Source: Flaccisagitta enflata (taxonomy: Eukaryota). Taken from it: a stretch of DNA of 64,000 nt. The notes below the pieces were generated by a model. That model did no database searches. It saw only the letters and a list, made by a program, of their open reading frames with translations, and was not told the origin of the DNA. Both the position numbers and the translations under genes were made by a program. Shown piece by piece: positions 55,821-64,000 of the stretch. Location of the stretch: positions 30,318,001-30,382,000 of the forward strand of contig OZ231126.1 of the NCBI GenBank assembly GCA_965153355.1. Direction: 5' to 3'. The first letter of the stretch is position 1. Each line of letters begins with the position of its first letter.

Positions 55821-57433
55821 AGATTGGAAATGACGTTTCCGGCATTTTTCCTTAAAAACGACAAACGGATCATTCTTTCTTTTTAGTCACGTACTACGCG
55901 ACTTAACATCCCTCTATATCTGTCAGTCAGTTGGATGGTCAGTCGGATGGTAACACTTTGTTTTTTGCCGTTTACGGGCGGTTTTTGCAATACGGCTTCT
56001 GCCGAAATGCTTGGATAGCCTTTTTTTTATCACTGCCCCTACCCATCCGTACGCAACTAGGGCAGCTGTTTATCCGGCCTTGTTTATCACTGCTCCTACC
56101 TATCCGTGAGCGACTAGGGCAGCTGTGTATCCGGCCATATTCTCTCCAAAATGTATGATGACATCTTTTTGCGTACATTGAAGACAAAGCATCGATTTCT
56201 CAACAAGACCACAAAAAGTATCGGTAACGGATTATTATTAAAAACGTAGCTAGCTAGCTATTTCCTTTAGATTTCCTTAGGAAATAGGCTACGTTTTTAA
56301 CAATGACCTGTTGTCTTCTTCTGCATTTATACAACTTCTTCGACAATTGATGCGCCCTTACGGCCAAATTAGTCGGTCAGTTACATAAATTGGGCGCCCA
56401 AGAACAGTTTTCTATACCTTACCACAATGACCAAAATTTGTATCATCACCCTTGCTCTATGCGCAGTGCCCATAGGTGGGAAACAATAGGCTAGTACGAG
56501 TTGCTTTCAACGTGATAATGTTGTAAAAAAATTACCCATTCAATTCCACCTACAAAAATGCGGTAGTTAAACCGGTACCTTGAAATCTGTGAAAGTGGGA
56601 GTTAATGGTTACATTGTCAAGTGTCAAAAGTCAATTGTCAGTTGTCAATGGTCAATTGTCAATTTTCCCACTGGCTCTTGTCGTAAAACGGACATCTTTG
56701 CGTCATTGAATAAAATCTAGGCAAAAGTTCAATAACTACCTCATTGTACAAATGTTGGTTTGGATCTGATGTCCCCAACCACCCGCTGGGAATCAGCTCT
56801 CAGGTCGTTTCGTTCATACCGGAATGCTGAATCGATTTCATTCATCTATAATCATCTCTGAGTCCTGATTATCATTGTTCAAAATTCAAGTGATTGTTAT
56901 CATCCCGTTCCTGTCATTGTACTTGTCATTTAGCTAAATTCAAGTCAGTTAACCGTGATCAGGATTTCGGTTGTCACTTGTCATTCCATTTGATGACACG
57001 CGACTTTTGTACATGTTATGATTGTCATATCAATGAGAAGTCGTACGCGCGATTCAATGTCAGGAAGTGTATGCACACTGTTTTTTTTTCCAAAATCTTT
57101 TAAAGAACCAATAAAAGCATTTTAATTTTCTTTATATTCAATATTGAAAGAACTATAGCTTAGCACAGTATAACATGAGAAAAAGCCGCATGTTTTTTAA
57201 TGAAAGCATCAACATCATGTAAAATGATCATTGTGCGATATTTCATTAGATCCGACAAATGAAACTTGAACTCAATTGCACAGAGTATGAAACATAACAA
57301 ATTAGAATATATACTTCTCTCTGTAAGATCGATAACACTAAGAAACAGAAGGAACACATCCCAAATCTCTCCCCACGATCGCACTGCGGGGAGACAATCG
57401 GATTTGCCAAAATTGTCGTCGGATTTCTTCCTC

Positions 57434-57464
<31 letters not shown>

Positions 57465-58263
57465 AGTTTGTCTTTTTTGAACTCCTAAGATTGATCTTTG
57501 AGGGAAGATCGATGCATGAAATCTCGCTGACAATTATTCAATTCTTCTGGTCACGTGAACATAAAAGCCCATTTGTGCACCTCGGGATGCTTAATGGAGA
57601 AGACTTATGCAAGTAATCACGCAGACAATTATTCAATTCTTCATCATCATGTGATCTCTGGTCACGTGAACATAAAAGCCCATTTTTACACTTTGGAATT
57701 CTTTTTGCTAGACTAAGGACATGGAAAGAAGAGCTGCTTGGTGTACGCTGGATTGCGTAAAAGTCATGAACAGACGCTTAAAAGAGTTGGGTGCTTATTG
57801 TATATTTTGTGATAGGTGGAACAATATTCCTCACTTTACCCAGACTGAAAAATGTGGAAGAGGGCCTTGTGAGCCCTCACTGACTAGTTACTACGCGCAT
57901 CACTCCTAGTTTTCCATTTAGCAAAACTAACTTGCAAACATCCATTCTGAGTCTAACCCAAAATACCTATGCTTACCAAAATAGATAAGGGCCAATGATT
58001 GTTACCTTTATTACCAAAATTCAACAAATCACCTGAGGGTAACATTGTTAAGAAACCATACCCTTGAAGGATGGAATCGAGGTCAAGCTTAATGCGACCG
58101 CCGGACATTCTTATCCAAGGTACTGAGTAGTATATTGCATGCGCATATTGCAGTTTAGAAAGAAGATTCTGCCATGGGCTCCTGTCAACGCAAGAATGGA
58201 GCAAAAATGCAGCTAGTGAAAAGTCATTGGCATGCATTCATTGACTAGGAATCTATGGATCTA

Positions 58264-58493
58264 AGGGTGCGTCTGCATTCACCATATTATTTGGATAATT
58301 TATCTGGATATCAATATTCGGATGTTCTACATAGTGAATTTTCAAAATTTACTACATGAAATATCCAGATATTAACATTCAAATAAAATATCCGAATAAG
58401 CTGATTAATGCAGACACACCTTGTCTTTATGAAATATCCGGATTTCAAAATTCAAATAAAATATCCAAATAAGCTGAGTAATGCAGACACACC
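58264..58493. mobile_element. Small TIR element with a duplicated right end, present only in copy 2 (Harbinger-like termini)
   Basis: GGTGCGTCTGCATT ... AATGCAGACACACC, the latter occurring twice (~58420, ~58492); absent at ~37160. Confidence 0.65.
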
Positions 58494-58697
58494 AGAATCT
58501 AAGGAAATGTTTTTTGGTCTTCGTTCATTGATCATTATGCCAACTCTTTACTAAACATCGTTTTCACTTAGACAAAAACTGCAGAGACCATAGTGTTGAA
58601 ATCGAAATTTGTCCCTCAGTGCGGCATCGCTAATTTGTGAAAATATGCGAGAAATATCTGTTACATTTACAAAACATTGTACATTCAACGCTCAATT

Positions 58698-58768
<71 letters not shown>

Positions 58769-60036
58769 CAGGTATACTCATAAATATATGATTTAGAGAA
58801 GGATTTTTTTCAAAGTGTTATTTGACATAACTTTACTAACTTAAACCATAAATCATTCTTGAAATCGTAGATAACAAGTCATCCAAGGATCGCACATAGT
58901 CAGCGGTACCCAATGCCCTGCTTGGAGTGATTAGCTGAAGAAGTGGAGTGAGAGCAGGGCAGCGGCCCCAAAGGGCCGATGACCTGTAGGACACAGGGGT
59001 GAAGTTCCATACGTCCTGAGATGGCATATTTTGATTTTGGGGTAATTTTCTGTGATATTCATTGGGAAGTTTTTTTTTCAATAATCTATCAATTTGCCAT
59101 GTTCCTCAATGAGAATTTGAGGTCTGAGAGGCTGGATTTAGGGCCCAAGAGGCTGGATTTGAGGCCCAAGAGGCTGGATTTGAGGCCTGAGAGGCTGGAT
59201 TTGAGGCCTGAGAGGCTGGATTTGAGGCCTGAGAGGCTTGATTTGAGGCCTGAGAGGCCAGATTTGAGGCCTGAGAGGCCAGATTTGAGGCCTGAGAGGC
59301 TGGATTTGAGGCCTGAGAGGCTAGAGAAGCTTCGGAGGGGGGGGGACGTACATACATAATGTTAGAGGGACGTAACAGTTCACCCCTGTGTCCTACAGGA
59401 CATCGGTTCTTTGGGGCCGCTGCCCAAAAAGCAAATGAGATCAAAACACTGTGTGTCCAATGGTGATGATATCTTTACAACACCGCATATCAATTTTAAC
59501 CAGATTTTTTCATTTGAATTCTAAGTAAAAAAAGATAGAATTCTGAAATTTTTTTCATTCCACTGTCTTCATAACCAATAAACGTAGTTTGTTAAAACAT
59601 TCGTTCTCGTGGTCACGTGTTAAAAACTAAATGTACAGTGATTCTTTACGGGCATCAAATACCTCAGGCATAGCATTTTTATACACAATGAAAAGAATTT
59701 CATTAACATTACATCTGGTATGAATTTACAATAACGTCAATGAGTAAATTTTTTATTGGCTTAGAGGTTTACAACAAGATTTTAAATTAAAATTTTGTTG
59801 ATAAATATCTAGTATAACTTTAAAAAAATCCTTAATGTTGTTTTATATATATGGAATAATGAGCACTGTTATCAGCAAAGCCAGTTTATAGTGCGGTTAC
59901 CCTTTGGGCGCGCTGCAAATCCAATTACATCTGATTAGGCAAAAACTATCGCAATGATTTTAGAACCAAGATATATGACAACAACAAAGCCAAAACCCAA
60001 TTTGAGGATGACAACAAGAACAAGAACAAGAGCAAG

Positions 60037-60124
<88 letters not shown>

Positions 60125-60558
60125 TTAACAACAACAACAAAAACAAAAACAACAACAATAACAACAACAACAACAACAATATATCACCAGAGCATGAAAA
60201 ATTCCCGTGCTAAGTTTTAAAAAACAAGGCCGACACCTATCAGTCGCGTGCGAGATTTACATTTAGAATGACTAAGAATGACTAAAAATGACTAAGTATA
60301 CTCTTATATGACCTAAAATGACAAAAAAAAAAAAAAAAAAAAAATTGATGAAAAAAGTAAAATGGGCACCGACCGACCAACTGACCGACCAACGGACGGA
60401 CGGACCAAGTGGGGTGTAGAGTCGCGTGCACGCGACTAAAAAGATTGATCAATCTGTTGTTGTCTCAATGATTGAAAGACAGACGAAAAGACAGGCACAA
60501 ACACAGACACCCCCCACACACATCTAAGCATACATACATGCTTATAACACATACAAAT

Positions 60559-60641
60559 ATCCATCCATCCATCCATCCATCCATCCATCCATCCATCCAT
60601 CCATCCATCCATCCATCCATCCATCCATCCATCCATCCATC
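60559..60641. repeat. (CCAT)n microsatellite at the right breakpoint of copy 2
   Basis: Direct reading. Confidence 0.95.
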
Positions 60642-60776
60642 TATACATACACAATTTTTTTATCATGTGCCATTTTCAGTGTTGGCATCTCTGACATAGA
60701 TGAAATATTGTTTAAGTCAAGGAATTTCGCAACATTTTGTTGTAATTAAACTAACCGTAAAATAATGTGTTTATGA

Positions 60777-60975
60777 ACAAGGCCGGATACACGGCTACCC
60801 CAGTTGCGTGCGGGTGGGCAGGGGCCGTAATTGAGGTTACCACATCATTTGGGCAGGAGCAGTGATGCTAAAAACCCTAAAAACCCCAAAAAAGTAAAGT
60901 GTGACGGACCGACGGACGGACGGACGGACCGACGGACAAAGCGGGGTGTAGAGTCGCGTAGCACGCGACTAAAAA
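60777..60975 (-). mobile_element. HINE family A
   Basis: Both termini intact. Confidence 0.85.
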
Positions 60976-61190
60976 GTAAAATAGAATTAACAAAAAAATG
61001 ATGAATATCTCAATTCTCAAGAGTCAGCACAATCGCCAACATGCCAGTTATCATTTCAGTCATCATTGATTCGTGATACTGCAATATATTCAAAGACATT
61101 TACCTCAATTCCCCCTGAAGCGAAAATTGAAAGCCTACATTTTCCCAACGTTAAAATGAAAAAAAAAAAACAAAAAACAAAAAAAAAAAA

Positions 61191-61418
61191 AACAAGGCTG
61201 GATACACGGCTACCAAAGTCGCGTGCAGGTGGGCAAGGGCTGTGCGGGTGGGCAGGGGCCGTATTTGAGGTCACTAGACTATTTGGGCAGGAGCGGTGAG
61301 GTCAAAAAAGTAAAATGAATAAAAAAAATAAAATGGGGACCGACCAACCAACCGACCAACCGACCGACCAACGGACGGACAAAGCGGGGTGTAGAGTCGC
61401 GTAGCACGCGACTAAAAA
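61191..61418 (-). mobile_element. HINE family A
   Basis: Both termini intact; small internal duplication of gtgcgggtgggcagggg. Confidence 0.85.
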
Positions 61419-61988
61419 TCAAGAATCAAGATAATGAAGGTGATGATGATATATTGCCCTTGTGGCGAACGACAACGCGATGCAGCTGCTGATGATAGTG
61501 ATGATCAGGAGTCTGAGGCGTATACCGCATATGCAGCATATACCGCCCATACAGCTGCGGCTGATCGTGGCGCTTGCATGGACGTCAATTCATCACTCCA
61601 CATTGGCTTGATTCTAACGGAATGTGTATGTGTTAATATGGGCCTTTTATGTTTGAATGTAGGCTTTGCATTTCATTGGGGCGCAGTTCTATTCGTTGTG
61701 GCGGGGATATGCCATGACACAATCAGCACAAGAGACATAAATTATATAACACAAACTAAACACGGCCTGGAATCGCAGGGGCATGTGTGACGGACAAGCA
61801 GGTGGACGAGCCGGAAACAACATCTAGAATAGTTTTCACTGGGTTAAAAACAGACACAAAGTACAGATAAGCTTCTCAGGAGCCGTAATGTAAAAAGAAG
61901 AAATGTAAAAAATCCTTTTCTAGAAGTCAACTAGCCATTTAGAACTCTTTTAACGCTAATAGGCAAATGAAAACAATATTCCTGCCGC

Positions 61989-62629
61989 TTTTTGGGCAGC
62001 GGCCCCGAAGGGGCCGATGACCTATGCTTTCACACAAGGGGAAATTTCTCCTCCTCCTTCTTCTTCTCCTCCTTCTCCTTCTTCTCCGTCCCCCCCCTCA
62101 AGGCCCAAATCCTAGTCTCGAGACCCAAATCCTAGCTTCGAGGCTCAAATCCCTGCTTCAAAGCTCAAATCCCAGCCTTGAGGCTCAAATCTCAGTCTCC
62201 AAGCTAAAATCCCAGTCTGAAGGCTCAAATCCCAGCCCTAAGACTCAAATCCCAGTCTCAAGGCACAAATCCCAGCCTTGAAGCTCAAATCCTAGCCTCG
62301 AAGCTCAAATACCAGCTTCCAAGCTCAAATCCCTGCCCCGGAGCTCAAATCCCAACCTCAAAGCTCAAATCCCAGCCTCAAAGCTCAAATCTCAGCCTTG
62401 AAGCTGAAATCCCAGCCTCAAAGCTCAAATCCCAGCCTCAAGGCCCTAATCCAAGCCTCAAGGCCCCAATTCCAGCCTCCAGGCCCTAATTCCATCCTTG
62501 AGGCTCAAATAAAGACAGCATAGGTCATCGGCCCCTTCGGGGCCGCTGCCCCTCTTACCACCTCACTTCCACCTACAATCACATAGGGGCAACGGGTACC
62601 GCTGACCATGTAACGCTTTTGCGACTATT
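61989..62629 (+). mobile_element. Well-preserved HINE-like family C with perfect 35-bp IRs and a central 21-bp array
   Basis: GGGCAGCGGCCCCGAAGGGGCCGATGACCTATGCT at 61994-62028 and its reverse complement at 62517-62551; (ctcaaatcccagcctcaaag)-type repeats ~62097-62510; ~78-bp 3' tail. Confidence 0.85.
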
Positions 62630-62660
62630 CTCTCTCTCCTGACACCCCTGTCTGTCTCTA

Positions 62661-63258
62661 CTACTTAGGCCATGAAAAACGCAATTTACATGCACAAGGA
62701 TAAGGGTACAATACTGGTCAAGGAGTGCTGCTCTCTTGAGTATTTTGGAAGTGTTTCGGTGTGAGGAGTTCGAAAAACTTGGTTCCAAAAGGCTATGATA
62801 AACCGTCTTAGAGATATCAACCAATCTTTGAAAAAGTTCCATTCTGAAACTCACACAAAACTTGTCCATTTTTAGTTAAGATACCTCCAATTTGGTTTCT
62901 GCAAAACAAATTCTGTCACCACTGCCACTTATCCTCTGCATTATTGCCCCTAGTAATAATAAAAGGTAAATCAGTAAAAGACTTGAGGTCCTGGTATCAT
63001 TAACTACCTCAAGGATGAAGGAGAAACCTTACAAGTTGTTGATTAAAACGCTTCAATTTGGGATCCAGCTTTGAGTGAACATTTGGGCAAAATCTTTTTA
63101 ATCCTTGCTCAAATACTGCGGAGGTACCTTCTTCAATTCAGGGGGGCATAATGGATACTAGTCCTAAACATACATGCACTCCTCCAAAGATTTGAAGACC
63201 TACATTATCAAAAATTCAAGTCTTTTTTGGTAAATTGCGTTTTTTATGGCCTAAGTAG
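62661..63258. mobile_element. Tc1/mariner-type MITE (TA TSD)
   Basis: TA|CTACTTAGGCCATGAAAAACGCAATTTAC ... GTAAATTGCGTTTTTTATGGCCTAAGTAG|TA (29-bp TIR, 1 mismatch). Confidence 0.88.
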
Positions 63259-63268
63259 TATCTCTATC

Positions 63269-63371
<103 letters not shown>

Positions 63372-63761
63372 CAATGTGCCTAGAATTAACATTACTGGGC
63401 AGTAAGAAAATCATGAGGTCATTCCTGTCGAGAAAATGTTGCTACTAATGGTTGTCATTACTGTTCTTACTTAACAACTGGGTTTGCCATTACGGTTGGA
63501 GCTGATACACTTCCAATTGATGATGTAAAGATCAACATTTTGTATGGACTGGTGTTGCCATTATAGCCCAAATCGTTTGTTCAAAGTTCACATTTGTTGG
63601 ATTACTTATGAAGTGGATTACTTGAAACAAAAACTCACCATTACCAAAACAAAAAACAAAACAAAAAAACACTGGAATGCTGAGATGCCCTTAGGATTAG
63701 GTCAATCCCGGCTATCAGTGTATATTACCAAGACAGTTTGTTCTTGTGCAAGTAAATGTAT

Positions 63762-63839
<78 letters not shown>

Positions 63840-64000
63840 GTGAAAAGAGCATCAATTAAAAAGCTTATTTGTTTTCTTACAATACAAAACCACCAAATAC
63901 TCTTTCTTCACAGAAAGATTAATGTGGTGAGGGTTAGCGTTGGGATAGCGTGGAGAAGGTATGGGGGCTCGGGAGCTCGCATGGGGCTCATGTGGAGGTG

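Noticed and set aside
62579..62869. ORF inside the TA-flanked MITE as a transposase remnant
   Set aside because: No HTH or DDE/D motif is visible, and the ORF runs out through the TIR.

Overview
Repeat-saturated, AT-rich eukaryotic DNA, most likely intergenic or intronic sequence from an invertebrate animal (the taxon cannot be fixed from the sequence). I found no confidently supportable protein-coding gene, RNA gene or CRISPR array; nearly all long ORFs in the track are translations of micro- or minisatellites. The window contains five kinds of structure. (1) More than 25 non-autonomous Helentron-type (HINE/DINE-1-like) elements of at least four related families, several carrying internal tandem arrays. 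(2) TIR MITEs whose target-site duplications can be read directly: TA (Tc1/mariner-pogo), 3 bp (PIF/Harbinger), 8 bp (hAT), 9 bp (Mutator), and TTAA-like (piggyBac-like). (3) Higher-order minisatellites and long microsatellites. (4) A perfect, spacer-less 242-bp palindrome at 16058-16299. (5) A ~12-13 kb near-identical direct duplication (~26523-39533 vs ~48830-60556). Comparing the two copies exposes a probable Tc1/mariner excision footprint, insertion/replacement polymorphisms, and a cluster of small differences confined to the second half of a foldback element. One weak candidate spliced exon lies on the minus strand in both copies. I did not find a convincing novel biological system; the best leads are in transposon biology and genome structure.
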